From assembly GCA_963716395.1 (NCBI GenBank), contig OY970309.1, forward strand, positions 1,920,001 to 1,984,000: a DNA stretch of 64,000 nt, given 5' to 3'. How positions within the stretch are numbered: the stretch's first letter is position 1; every line of letters starts with the position of its first letter. This DNA is from an uncultured Fibrobacteria bacterium (GTDB taxonomy: Bacteria; Fibrobacterota; Fibrobacteria; UBA11236). The position numbers and the translations under genes were made by a program. The notes under the pieces were generated by a model, which made no database searches, was not told where the DNA came from, and saw only the letters and a program-made list of their open reading frames with translations. Positions 41,149-51,574 of the stretch are shown here, piece by piece.

Positions 41149-42768
41149 ATGCTCTCGGTCAATAATCTCTCCCTCGCTTACGGCAAACGCGTCTTGTTCA
41201 AGGACGTGGATCTCAAATTCACGCCCGGCAATTGCTACGGCATCATCGGCGCCAACGGGGCGGGCAAATCCACCTTCGTCAAGATTTTGTCGGGGGAAGT
41301 CGAACCCGATTCCGGCAGCGTGAACCTCAATCCCGGCCTGCGGCTGGGGACGCTCAAGCAAAACCAGTTCGAATTCGATGAAGTGCCGGTTTTGCAAACC
41401 GTCATCATGGGCCACCGGGTTTTGTACGAGGTGATCCGGGAAAAGGACGCGCTGTACGCCAAGCCCGATTTTTCCGAGGCCGATGGCCTGCGTGCTTCGA
41501 TTTTGGAAGGCGAATACGCCGACTTGAACGGCTGGAACGCGGAATCCGAAGCGGCCTCCATGCTCAGCGGCCTGGGCCTGAGGGAGGAGCGCCACGGGCT
41601 TTTGATGAAGGAATTGACCGGCGGGGAAAAGGTGCGCGTGCTTTTGGCGCAGGCCTTGTTCGGGAATCCCGGTGTGCTCCTCTTGGACGAACCGACCAAC
41701 AACCTGGATCTGGACTCGGTGGCCTGGTTGGAGGAATTCCTCTACCAATTCGAGAACACCGTCATCGTGGTGTCGCATGACCGGCATTTTCTCGACAAGG
41801 TTTGCACGCATCTATGCGACATCGATTATCAGAAGATTTCGCTGTACACCGGCAATTACAGTTTTTGGTACGAGTCCAGCCAATTGGCCCTGACGCAAAA
41901 ACGCGACACCAACAAGAAAAAGGAAGACAAGATGAAGGAGTTGCAAACCTTCATCGCCCGCTTTTCCGCCAACGCCTCCAAATCGAAGCAGGCCACTTCG
42001 CGCAAGAAATTGCTGGAGAAAATCACTTTGGATGACCTCCGTCCTTCCACGCGGCAATACCCCTTCATCCTCTTCAAACCGGAACGGGAAGCGGGCAAGG
42101 TCATATTGGAAATCGAAGGCTTGTCCCAGGATCTGGAGGGCAAGGCCTTGTTTCAAAACTTCGAACTCAATGCGCGCCACGGCGACAAGATTGCCTTCGT
42201 GGGCCGTGACGACTTGCCCGCCACCACCTTATTCCGGATTCTGGCGGGTCAAATCCCACCCGATCGCGGCTTTTTCCGCTGGGGCGCCTCGGTGGTCTGG
42301 GCCGATTTTCCCAAGGACAACGCCGCTTTTTTCGACACGGATCTCAACCTGGTGGATTGGCTGCGGCAATTCGCCAGGGAAAAGGAACAAGACGAACAAT
42401 TCATCCGGGGGTGGCTGGGCAAGATGCTGTTTTCCGGGGAAGAATCCTTGAAAAGCGCCCGGGTGCTTTCCGGGGGCGAAAAGGTGCGCTGCATGTTGGC
42501 GCGCATGATGCTTCTGCAGGCCAACGTGCTGATGTTGGATGAGCCCACCAACCATTTGGATCTGGAGGCCATCACTTCGCTGAACAACGCGCTCAAGGAT
42601 TTTCCGGGTACCGTGCTTTTCACCTCGCAGGATCATCAATTCGTGCAAACCATCGCCACGCGCATCATCGAACTTACCCCCAAGGGCTTCCTCGATCGCA
42701 CGCTTGCCTACGACGAATACCTCGCCAGCCCGGACATTCAAAAAGTGCGGGCCAAGCTTTACGCTTGA
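41149..42768 (+). CDS. ABC-F ATPase (YbiT/YkpA-like)
   Basis: GANGAGKST, two ABC cassettes with LDEPTN, linker FIARFSANASKSKQATSRK; no TM. Confidence 0.93.
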   Translation: MLSVNNLSLAYGKRVLFKDVDLKFTPGNCYGIIGANGAGKSTFVKILSGEVEPDSGSVNLNPGLRLGTLKQNQFEFDEVPVLQTVIMGHRVLYEVIREKDALYAKPDFSEADGLRASILEGEYADLNGWNAESEAASMLSGLGLREERHGLLMKELTGGEKVRVLLAQALFGNPGVLLLDEPTNNLDLDSVAWLEEFLYQFENTVIVVSHDRHFLDKVCTHLCDIDYQKISLYTGNYSFWYESSQLALTQKRDTNKKKEDKMKELQTFIARFSANASKSKQATSRKKLLEKITLDDLRPSTRQYPFILFKPEREAGKVILEIEGLSQDLEGKALFQNFELNARHGDKIAFVGRDDLPATTLFRILAGQIPPDRGFFRWGASVVWADFPKDNAAFFDTDLNLVDWLRQFAREKEQDEQFIRGWLGKMLFSGEESLKSARVLSGGEKVRCMLARMMLLQANVLMLDEPTNHLDLEAITSLNNALKDFPGTVLFTSQDHQFVQTIATRIIELTPKGFLDRTLAYDEYLASPDIQKVRAKLYA

Positions 42769-42941
42769 ACGCGCGGCGGGGTTCGCCCTCAAACCCATTC
42801 CCGGGTCCGCACCGGCGGACACCTTGAAATTCCACGATCGACTCCCGTCTTGGGCTGTGAAAATCCTTGCGAACCGCCTGTGGTTTATTTTACCACGCCG
42901 AATAGTGCTTTGAATGCGTCCGTTCCGCTCCGCGAAGTACT

Positions 42942-43769
42942 ATGGACATGTTCATGCGGCCTGTTTTTGAATACCTGGATTACCGCAAGTATCTGAAAGA
43001 AGCTTTCGAGGAGCGCAGACTCGTGGACGCGCGCCTTTCCTACCGCACCCTGGCCGGTTCGCTGGGACTGGACGGGAGCAACCTCCATAAAATCCTTCTG
43101 GGGCGCGGTCATTTGCCGACGCGTTGCCAATCCCGCGTTCTCGAGTTTCTGGGGTTGGGTCACCGCGAAGCGGAATATTTCCTTCTGCTCACCGCCTACG
43201 CGAGGGAGCGAAGCGTGCAGGGCCGGAAAGAGATCCTCGACCGGGCGAAAATCCTGCAAGACGTTGCCCGCAAATCCCTGGAAGACCGCGAACTGTTGTT
43301 CTACCGGGATTGGTGGACCTCGGTGATTCGATTGCTGCTTGAAGTCCACCAAGGTCAAGCCATTCCCGAGCGGCTGGCGAAAAGTGTTATTCCACCCATA
43401 ACGGAAGCGGAGGCCCGGGGATCCCTCGATTTACTATTCGAACTGGGATTGGTGAAAAAGGTCGGATCGGGACGTTTGCAGCTCGCGGCGCCGCATCTCA
43501 CGGCGGGAGGTGATTCAAAAGCCCAAGCCGTTCACGCCTACCAAAAGCAAGTGCTCGCATTGGCGGGCGCCGCGTTGGATCGTTTTTCCAAAGACGAACG
43601 CGACGTGTCGACGGTGACCTTTCCCATTGACGCCCAATCCTTCGCCACCATCCGCGATATTCTGAGGGAATGCCGCCGTCAAATCCAGAAGCAGGCCGAC
43701 TTGACCCGCCAACCGAAACGCGTGATGCAATTGGCCATCGCCTTTTTCCCCGTCTCGGATTTTCTCTAG
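42942..43769 (+). CDS. TIGR02147/DUF4423 family protein
   Basis: VFEYLDYRKYLK...SYR.LA..LG...; FYRDWWTSVIR; LELL-like LDLLFELGLVK; ERDVSTVT; VMQLAIAFFP. Confidence 0.88.
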   Translation: MDMFMRPVFEYLDYRKYLKEAFEERRLVDARLSYRTLAGSLGLDGSNLHKILLGRGHLPTRCQSRVLEFLGLGHREAEYFLLLTAYARERSVQGRKEILDRAKILQDVARKSLEDRELLFYRDWWTSVIRLLLEVHQGQAIPERLAKSVIPPITEAEARGSLDLLFELGLVKKVGSGRLQLAAPHLTAGGDSKAQAVHAYQKQVLALAGAALDRFSKDERDVSTVTFPIDAQSFATIRDILRECRRQIQKQADLTRQPKRVMQLAIAFFPVSDFL

Positions 43770-43780
43770 GATCCTCCGCT

Positions 43781-44743
43781 ATGAATGGGAACCGAGTCTT
43801 CGCCCCGGCAATTCTTCTCTGCGTGAACATTCTCCTTTGGCAGGGCTGCACGGGCGATCGCATTGCCGGAGGTTCCTCCGAAACAGAAAATACCGTGACC
43901 GCCCGGGCGTTCCGGGTCGACTCGCTCCTTTCGTCTTGGAATCGGCCGGTCGGCGTGCCTACGGTAGCGACCTTGCGGCTGGATTCGACAAACTTCGATT
44001 TTCAAAATTCGAATCCCCAGGGCCTCGATCTCGATGTTCGCCGCGAAGACGGCGCCCGGATTCCCTTCGAGATCCGTCTTTGGGATACCGCGCGCCGCCA
44101 GGGCCGACTGAACGTCCGCATCGACACGGATATGAGGGATTCGGGCGCCATGATCTGGCTGTGGCGGAGTCTGCCCCCCATCGACCGCTCCAATTCGGCC
44201 GGAGTTTGGTTCGGCGTTCCTGACACGCTTCGCTTGGCTTTGACTTCGGTGCTTGTGGACGACTTTGAAGACGGCAACACCCGTACCCTGCTTCCCGACA
44301 GCTCGAATTGGTTTCTCGCCGCAGGTTCGCAAATCGTCAACGCGGACGGGGGACGCTCCGGCAAGGCTCTGTATTTGGTTTCCTCGGCAACGGGTCCGGT
44401 CGCCATGGCCGCAGCCTTGCTGGCTTCGACCCCAAGGCGGTTGGGTTCCATCGACTCCATCGTATTTTGGGCGCGCGGTACGGGTCGCCTCCGCGTCGCC
44501 ATGGAACACGCGCTTCCCGGGTCCGAATTAGTGGCCTGGACGCCTTATGATCTCGACACGGCCTGGCAGCGCGTAAGCATCCTCCCCACATTCTTCGACT
44601 CCACGGGCGCGGATTCGGGAGGGGCGCGCTGGGAAGAAATCCAGGATTCGGTGACGCATCTTTCGTTTTGGTCGGATGGCGCCGTCGAAGTTTGGATCGA
44701 CGATCCCAGGATATACGGCGTCAACCGCGACGATCTGTTCTAA
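43781..44743 (+). CDS. Lipoprotein with DUF2341-like and carbohydrate-binding-like domains
   Basis: Lipobox WQGC then IAGGSSETEN; FDF...GLDL...IPFEIRLWD; LVDDFEDGN...FWARG...WIDD. Confidence 0.7.
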   Translation: MNGNRVFAPAILLCVNILLWQGCTGDRIAGGSSETENTVTARAFRVDSLLSSWNRPVGVPTVATLRLDSTNFDFQNSNPQGLDLDVRREDGARIPFEIRLWDTARRQGRLNVRIDTDMRDSGAMIWLWRSLPPIDRSNSAGVWFGVPDTLRLALTSVLVDDFEDGNTRTLLPDSSNWFLAAGSQIVNADGGRSGKALYLVSSATGPVAMAAALLASTPRRLGSIDSIVFWARGTGRLRVAMEHALPGSELVAWTPYDLDTAWQRVSILPTFFDSTGADSGGARWEEIQDSVTHLSFWSDGAVEVWIDDPRIYGVNRDDLF

Positions 44744-44891
44744 AAAACGTTAGCGCGACCGAGGATGAAATGGATTGGGTGTGGGTGAACTTACCACGCT
44801 TCACCGCGATTTTCTTCTTCGCAACCCTTGGATAGCCGGTAAAGTTTGGGCAACGGTCCTGAACCTTGTCCCTGCTTGCAAAGGAGTCCTT

Positions 44892-45983
44892 ATGTCCCGA
44901 TGTCACCGCCAATTTCCCCACTTCAATTCCGGGAAATTTTTGATGCTACTCGCCTACCTCACGGTCGCCTCCTTCGGCCAGCAAACGTCCCAAAAATGGT
45001 CCGACGTCAACTATGCCGGGGACGGTCAGGTTTACCACAACCTCGACATCTACCTTCCCATGCCAAGCCAAGCTTCCTATCCCGTGGTCATCGATATTTA
45101 TGGCAGCGCCTGGATGAGCGATAACGGCAAAGGAACCTCTCCAGACGCGTTGGGATCCGCCTTGCTCAATGCGGGCTATGCCGTGGTCAGTCCCAATTAT
45201 CGTTCCAGCAGCGATTCGGTATTTCCCGCCGAAATCCAGGACATCAAGGCGGTCGTCCGTTTTGTGCGGGGGAAGGCCGCCACATATAAGTTTGATACGA
45301 CCTTTATCGGAATCACCGGCCAATCCTCCGGCGGTCATCTCGCCGCCTTGACCGGCACCAGTGGCGGGGTGAAGATCAAGAAGATCGGTTCGGCCGCCGC
45401 CGACATCGAAGGTGAGCTCGGCACCTACACCTCCAAAAGCAGTTCCGTGGATGCGGTGGCGGATTGGTTCGGTCCGACAAACTTTTTGGTCATGGATTCC
45501 TGCGGCAGCCAATTAGTCCACAACGCGGATGGCTCCCCCGAATCCAGTTTGATTGGCGGTCCCATTCAGAACAACAAGGACAAAGTCGCCTTGGCCGATC
45601 CCATCACCTATATCGATGCCCAAGATCCCCCCTTTCTGATCATCCATGGCGACGCGGATCCCTTGGTGCCGATTTGTGAAAGCTTCTTTCTGAATCAAGC
45701 CTTGCAGCAGGCCGGAGTCACCTCCACCTTCGTCACGGTCCCGGGAGGGGGCCATGGCACGGGAACGACCGTCGAACCCTATATCACGCAAATGGTCACT
45801 TTCTTCGACAACGCCAGAAAGAACGGTCCCACCTCCATCCAACACCCATTCCGCTCGCAGGATTCACAACCGTTCGAGACGTCCTTCGACCTTTTGGGAC
45901 GGAAATGCCCGGATGGTCTCCCGCCGGGATCCGGCCAGGGGAGCATTATCCGATCGAGTGAAACGCGAAGTAAGGGCCCTTAA
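44892..45983 (+). CDS. Secreted alpha/beta hydrolase (BD-FAE/HSL-like carbohydrate esterase)
   Basis: LDIYLP, YGSAW, FPAEIQD, GQSSGG, IHGDADPLVP, GGGH; FDLLGR tail; AAGGAG RBS. Confidence 0.88.
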   Translation: MSRCHRQFPHFNSGKFLMLLAYLTVASFGQQTSQKWSDVNYAGDGQVYHNLDIYLPMPSQASYPVVIDIYGSAWMSDNGKGTSPDALGSALLNAGYAVVSPNYRSSSDSVFPAEIQDIKAVVRFVRGKAATYKFDTTFIGITGQSSGGHLAALTGTSGGVKIKKIGSAAADIEGELGTYTSKSSSVDAVADWFGPTNFLVMDSCGSQLVHNADGSPESSLIGGPIQNNKDKVALADPITYIDAQDPPFLIIHGDADPLVPICESFFLNQALQQAGVTSTFVTVPGGGHGTGTTVEPYITQMVTFFDNARKNGPTSIQHPFRSQDSQPFETSFDLLGRKCPDGLPPGSGQGSIIRSSETRSKGP

Positions 45984-47061
45984 TCCAACGCGGGTGTGGA
46001 AACGGCTTCGGGATATTTCCCGAATTCGTAATTGAAGGTGCGGCGCGCGGGCTTGAATCCCGCTCGCGGATGAAGCGCTCGGCCGCGCGCAGCGTTTTGA
46101 GCCCCGACGAGCGCAGCACGTTTTCTTCGATGACGATGCTGTTGATGTCGTTGGCTCCGGCCGAAAGGCCCAGCTCGGCCAATTCGCGCCCCATCACCAG
46201 CACCGACACTTCGATATTGGGGATGTTGTCGAGAAACAGGCGCGCTACGGCCACGAAACGCAGGTATTCCCGGCCGGTGACGTGGCGGATGGGAAAGCGC
46301 TTGGTCTGCGCTTGGAACACCCAGGGGATGAAGGAGAGGAAGCCGCCGGTGCGATCCTGCTGATCGCGCAAGAGGCGCAAATGCTCGGCGAGGTCGGCCG
46401 CGGTTTCGCTGGACCCGAACACCACATTGCTCGAACCCGGCAGATCGGCTGCATGGCAGGCCCCCATCACCGCGCACCATTCCGCTCCCGACAGTTTCCG
46501 GGGCGACAGCACGGCGCGCATGCGCTCGGTGAGAATTTCCGCGCCGGCGCCGGGCACCGATCCGAGTCCCGCGGCCTTCAGGGTCTGTAGCAAGCGCGTC
46601 AGGGGTAACCCCGAAGTTTCGGAAAGCCGCTTCAGCTCGATGGGCGAAAATGCGCGCACAGCCACGTGATATTGGTCGCGCAGCATTTCCAATGCTGCGG
46701 TGTAATAAGCCAGCGGGAGTTTGGGATTCACCCCGCCCTGGAAAAAAATCTGGTCGATGCCGAGGCCGAGCGCCTCTTCGGTTTTGGCGGCGATTTGATC
46801 CAAGGTCAGCGTATAGCCGCGATCGCTATCGATTTCGTCTTGGAAGCTGCAAAAGGTGCAGTCGACGTCGCAGAAGTTGGTGTAATTCACCACGCGGTAG
46901 GCCGTATAGCTCACGACTTCGGGGTCATGCAACTGCAGCCGGCGTGTGTGGCCCGCAGCCACGATGGCGGCCCAATCTTCGCTTCGCAGCAAGGCCTCGG
47001 CGTCGGCGGCATCGATGCGGCCGCCCTGCGCGGCCTGCGCGAGAATCGAGGCGATCTTCAT
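45980..47061 (-). CDS. mqnC: CofH/MqnC-family radical SAM protein with an apparent 1-nt deletion near 46063
   Basis: NYTNFCDVDCTFCSF, QGGVNP, PGAGAEIL, FIPW, EENV; the family-like C-terminus AGFKPARR is in another frame ending at 45980. Confidence 0.75.
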
Positions 47062-47106
47062 AAGCAAAAAGGTAGCGCCAAATTCCCGCCGGCCCGGGCC
47101 GTCCGG

Positions 47107-47188
47107 TTAGGGTCCGTTAAGAAATAACGGCGTTACACCGAGGTCGAAGCGAAGGCGAATGGAGCGGTTATTTCGTAACGGACCCTTA
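47107..47188. mobile_element. 76-bp MITE with 19-bp TIRs and TTA target duplication
   Basis: TTA|GGGTCCGTTAAGAAATAAC...GTTATTTCGTAACGGACCC|TTA; TIRs differ at 1 position. Confidence 0.75.
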
Positions 47189-47620
47189 TTCCCCAGATAT
47201 CCAGTTGAGGGTTGCGCTGCGCGTTTGGAATTGCGCGCTTGCTTTTTTCGCCGGTGTCGGCGGGACCCGGTAGCGCGCATGGTACTGCGTCTTCGGGCCA
47301 TCGGGAAATGGCGGCCCGGTCTTTCACCTCCCCCAGCGGATCTGAACTCCCAAGCCAGCCACTGGGTCTGGGGATATCACCATTCGGCGCATTTTTCCGA
47401 TATAGGCATAAAAAACGATATTTTGATCCGCCATTTTCGATTTCAATGAAAATATCGGATAAAAATCATCATATCTTAGCAGAATATGTGGATAAATATT
47501 GATTTATGCGCCAATTTATGCGCATTTTTAAATCAAAGACATCTCCGATCTTGAAAATATCGGGTAAAATGGTGTAAATTTTGTTCATATTCATAGAAGA
47601 CATCGATACGGGGTTAAAAA

Positions 47621-49336
47621 ATGACCAAAAAAACCTGCACCGGCGCCGAAGCCTTGGTTCATAGCATTCAACAGCACGGGGTCGAATACATATTCGGCCA
47701 CCCCGGCGGCGCCGCCATCCCGATTTTTGACGCTTTGGTTGACTCTTCCGTCAAATTCATTTTGACCCGGCATGAACAAGGCGCCACCCACATGGCCGAT
47801 GGCTTGGCGCGCGCCACGGGCAAGGCCGGAGTCGTGCTGGTGACCTCGGGGCCCGGCGCCACCAACACCATCACCGGCATCATGACCGCCCATATGGATT
47901 CGATTCCCCTGGTGGTCATCACCGGACAAACCATTCGGTCCATGCTGGGGCTCGACGCCTTTCAAGAAGCCGACGTGGTGGGGTTGACCTATGCGGCGGT
48001 GAAGCATTCCTACCTAGTGCGCGACGTCCATGACATTCCGCGCATCATCAAAGAGGCTTTTTATATCGCCGAAACCGGCCGCCCCGGACCCGTGCTCATC
48101 GACATTCCCAAAGACGTGTCGGGAGCCGTGTTCGAGCCCGATTATGCCGCGGCCATCGATTTGCCGGGCTATGTGATTCCGGGTGCGGGCGATCCGGGGG
48201 CCGTGGCGCAATGCGCCGATTTGTTGCACAAGGCCAAGAAACCATTATTGCTGGTGGGGCATGGCGCGGTGATTGCCGACGCCTGCAAGCCGCTCAAGGC
48301 TTTGGCCGAAAAGCTGCAGATTCCGGTGGTCAACACCTTGCTGGGGAAAGGTGCCTTTCCCGAATCCCATGAATTGAATTTGGGCATGTTGGGCATGCAC
48401 GGCACGGCCTATGCCAACAAAGCCGTGCCGGCCTGCGACTTGATTATGTCGATTGGCTCGCGCTGGGACGACCGCATTTGCGGCAAATACGCGGCCTTCT
48501 GCCCCGACGCCGTGAAAATTCACATCGACATCGATCCCGCCGAAATCGGAAAGATGATCCAGCCCGATTGCGCCATCGTGGGCGACGCCCGCCAGGTGCT
48601 CGAAGCGTTGTTGCCGCAGACGCACAAGGGCGACACTACGGCGTGGCTGGCGCAGATCAAGAAACTGAAGCGCCAGTTCCCGTTGCATTACCGCAAGCAG
48701 GGCGGCCTCAAGGCGCAGCATGTGCTCAGCGAATTGTACCGGCTCACCAAGGGCAAGGCCATCATCGCCACCGACGTGGGCCAGCACCAGATGTGGGCGG
48801 CGCAGTTCTGCAAGGTCGATCACCGCAACTATTGGATCAGCAGCGGCGGCGCCGGCACCATGGGCTACGGCATGCCTGCGGCCATCGGCGCGCAATTCGG
48901 GCGTCCCGACGCCACGGTGATCGCGGTGGTGGGCGATGGCGGCTTTCAGATGACCCAGGCCGAGTTGGCCACAGCCGCGTTGCATAAGCTGCCCATCAAG
49001 ATTCTGATCATCAACAACCGCTATCTCGGCATGGTGCGGCAATGGCAGAACCTGTTCTTCGAGAACCGCTTGTCGGGCGTCGATCTCGAAGGCAATCCCG
49101 ACTTCGTCAAACTGGGCGAAGCTTACGGCATCAAAGGCTTTCGCATCAAGCGCAACGCCGACGCCGGCCGCACCTTGGAAAAGGCCCTCGCCTACCACGA
49201 CGGGCCCTGCATCATCGATGCCGAAGTTGAAAAAGAAGACAACGTTTTTCCCATGATTCCGGCCGGCGCCACCTATGCCGAAATGGTGCTGGAACCGCCG
49301 ACCAAAAAAATGGCCAAACCCGTGGGCAGCACCTGA
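47621..49336 (+). CDS. ilvB: Acetolactate synthase large subunit
   Basis: [52 protein letters not shown]. Confidence 0.97.
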   Translation: MTKKTCTGAEALVHSIQQHGVEYIFGHPGGAAIPIFDALVDSSVKFILTRHEQGATHMADGLARATGKAGVVLVTSGPGATNTITGIMTAHMDSIPLVVITGQTIRSMLGLDAFQEADVVGLTYAAVKHSYLVRDVHDIPRIIKEAFYIAETGRPGPVLIDIPKDVSGAVFEPDYAAAIDLPGYVIPGAGDPGAVAQCADLLHKAKKPLLLVGHGAVIADACKPLKALAEKLQIPVVNTLLGKGAFPESHELNLGMLGMHGTAYANKAVPACDLIMSIGSRWDDRICGKYAAFCPDAVKIHIDIDPAEIGKMIQPDCAIVGDARQVLEALLPQTHKGDTTAWLAQIKKLKRQFPLHYRKQGGLKAQHVLSELYRLTKGKAIIATDVGQHQMWAAQFCKVDHRNYWISSGGAGTMGYGMPAAIGAQFGRPDATVIAVVGDGGFQMTQAELATAALHKLPIKILIINNRYLGMVRQWQNLFFENRLSGVDLEGNPDFVKLGEAYGIKGFRIKRNADAGRTLEKALAYHDGPCIIDAEVEKEDNVFPMIPAGATYAEMVLEPPTKKMAKPVGST

Positions 49337-49352
49337 GCACAATGAGGAACGC

Positions 49353-49913
49353 ATGATCAATGGAACGTTGAAATCAATCACGGTGAATGAAAGCACCGGT
49401 TACCGGACCCATCCCGAAGGTCGCGCCAACCAGCACACCTTGAGCCTCCTGGTCAACAACAAGCCGGGCGTGCTCATCCGCATCGCCATGGTGTTTTCCC
49501 GCCGCGGCTACAACATTGACTCGCTGGTCGTGTCGCCCGCCTACAACGGCCGCTTCGCGCGCATGAATATCATGGCTTCGGGCGATATCGGCACATTGGA
49601 ACAAATCATCCGCCAGCTCAACAAGCTGATCGACGTCATTCATGCCAAGGATCACACGGGCGAAAACGCCGTGGTCAAGGAGTTGGCGCTGATCAAGGTG
49701 AAATGCCCGCCCGAGCGCCGCACCGAAGTGCTGCAAATCGCCGAGCACTTCAAAGGCCAGACGGCCGACATTTCCGACGCCACCTTGATGCTGCAAGTCA
49801 CGGGCAGCACCGAAAAGCTCGATGCTCTCGAAGCCATGCTCGACAAATACGGCCTCATCGAAGTGGTGCGCACCGGCAAGGTGATCATGGCGCGCGGCGA
49901 GGTCGGCACCTAG
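49353..49913 (+). CDS. ilvN: Acetolactate synthase small subunit
   Basis: LVNNKPGVL.RI...FSRRGYNIDSL; KELALIKV; EVVRTG. Confidence 0.96.
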   Translation: MINGTLKSITVNESTGYRTHPEGRANQHTLSLLVNNKPGVLIRIAMVFSRRGYNIDSLVVSPAYNGRFARMNIMASGDIGTLEQIIRQLNKLIDVIHAKDHTGENAVVKELALIKVKCPPERRTEVLQIAEHFKGQTADISDATLMLQVTGSTEKLDALEAMLDKYGLIEVVRTGKVIMARGEVGT

Positions 49914-49926
49914 CCGCCGGCCGGCC

Positions 49927-50412
49927 ATGCGTGCGACCCGCATCCGCCGCCTTCTCCGGGCGCCACGCGCGCAGGTCTATCGGGCGTTGATCAACGCTGA
50001 AGCCGTCGCGCAGTGGAAATTTCCGGACGGCATGCGTTGCCACGTGCATTCATTCGAGGGCCGCGAAGGCGGCGCCTTCCGGATTTCGCTTATCTACGAT
50101 TCTCCGGACGCCGTCGGCAAGACGACCGCGCACACCGACACTTACCATGGACGTTTCGAAAAACTGATTCCTGACGAACGGGTGGTGGAAGTCGACGAAT
50201 TCGAAACCGTGGATCCCGCCTTGCGCGGTGAAATGAAGATTACGATTCGCTTGGCCGACGCCGAAGGGGGCACCGACATCCTGGCCGTGCACGAGGGGCT
50301 GCCTCCCGGCGTTTCGTTGGCCGACAACGAAAAAGGCTGGAGCCTGGCGCTGGCGAAACTCGCCGCTTTGGTGGAACGGGTTCGGGGAGCGGATTCGGAA
50401 GGCGCGGCCTAA
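49927..50412 (+). CDS. SRPBCC/AHSA1 domain protein
   Basis: APRAQVYRAL...W..PDGM...GGAFRISL...NEKGW..AL.KL. Confidence 0.88.
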   Translation: MRATRIRRLLRAPRAQVYRALINAEAVAQWKFPDGMRCHVHSFEGREGGAFRISLIYDSPDAVGKTTAHTDTYHGRFEKLIPDERVVEVDEFETVDPALRGEMKITIRLADAEGGTDILAVHEGLPPGVSLADNEKGWSLALAKLAALVERVRGADSEGAA

Positions 50413-50906
50413 ACGCGGAATTCCGCCATGGCCGTGGTGAAAAGGATCCAGCGCGGCGGTTTTTCCCCGGTGTCATGGGGAAAGGTGACGCTCACGGAGA
50501 TCCCCAGGCCGTAGCTCAACTCCAGCGGCTTTTCCAGGGAAAAGGTGTTGCCCCGGTCCGCGCCGCGCGCGTGATCGCCGAACAGCGACAGCGGGCCGAA
50601 GGCGCGCAACAGACGTGTGCCGTCATAGAGATGCACCGAAGCGATGGGCGAACGTGAGGTGTTGTGGAAAAACAGAAACACGCGCGAGAGCTTGGGCCGC
50701 TGCCCGTCGAGCAGGTTGGGAACGGCGAAGGGAATGTGGAACCAATTGGTGGTCGCTTCTTTGCCCCAAAAAGTCGCGCCCCAGCCTTTGTGCGATACTT
50801 CGTCGATGTGCTCCGGGTATTCGGGCTCCACTGCGTTGCCGTGCACCGAGATGATGGCTTTCAGCGTCGAGGATTCCAACGGGGCGCGCGTGCGGGCGAT
50901 CTTCAT
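50409..50906 (-). CDS. DUF6623-like hypothetical protein
   Basis: VHGNAVEPE...GWGATF...NWFHIPFAVP...VHLYDG...GLGISV. Confidence 0.6.
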   Translation of the reverse strand: MKIARTRAPLESSTLKAIISVHGNAVEPEYPEHIDEVSHKGWGATFWGKEATTNWFHIPFAVPNLLDGQRPKLSRVFLFFHNTSRSPIASVHLYDGTRLLRAFGPLSLFGDHARGADRGNTFSLEKPLELSYGLGISVSVTFPHDTGEKPPRWILFTTAMAEFRV

Positions 50907-51007
50907 GCGCTTAGTCTAGCATTTTTTCCCCGCGCCCGGCATCTCCGATCCCGCCGTACCACCGAGGTTACACCGGAGCCCCGCCGCCGGCGGGACAACG
51001 GCCGGAG

Positions 51008-51574
51008 TCAGAACTCCTGCAACCAAAAAGTCGGATCGCGGCTGTTGGATCGATCGGAGGCGGCCGCGGCCGGGTCGTGCTCCCAAAATTGCGACCCGGT
51101 GGCGCGCGGCAGCGCTTCGGGCAGCGGCAGATCCGTCTCTTCGCCCGTGCGCCCGAGCGCCGCCTGCACGCAGCCGTGCAATTCCAGGGGCGTGAAGGGT
51201 TTACGCAAAAACTGCGCGTCCAGATACCGCATCCAATAGGCCACGCCGGGGGCATCGCAGGCCTCCGACATGCAAATCACCTTGACCTTGGGCCACAGCC
51301 GCAACACGTTCTCGGCCAGCTTCACTCCGCCCACCGGCAGCAAATTGATTTCGGTCAGGAGCACGTGAAGACGATCGCCGTATTGGGCGCAGAGAAAAAG
51401 CGCGTCATAGGCATTGCGCGCTTCCAGCACTTGCAGACCCGCGCTCGCCAGAAAGTCGCGCATCTGCGCGCGCAAGGCGGTGTCGTCATCGACCAGCAGC
51501 ACGCCCTGGGAGGTGGCGAAGGGAACCGGGTCGGTGGACCCGATTTCGGGTGACCGGAGAATCGGAAATTGCAT
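51008..51574 (-). CDS. Stand-alone receiver-domain protein, aspartate-less
   Basis: VLLVDDD...LLTEINL...MS...FLRKPF. Confidence 0.85.
   Translation of the reverse strand: MQFPILRSPEIGSTDPVPFATSQGVLLVDDDTALRAQMRDFLASAGLQVLEARNAYDALFLCAQYGDRLHVLLTEINLLPVGGVKLAENVLRLWPKVKVICMSEACDAPGVAYWMRYLDAQFLRKPFTPLELHGCVQAALGRTGEETDLPLPEALPRATGSQFWEHDPAAAASDRSNSRDPTFWLQEF

Noticed and set aside
47446-47502. ilvB leader peptide MKISDKNHHILAEYVDKY
   Set aside because: No Ile/Leu/Val run and no terminator/antiterminator downstream.
47395-47620. Replication origin
   Set aside because: Only one perfect DnaA box and no dnaA/dnaN/gidA context.
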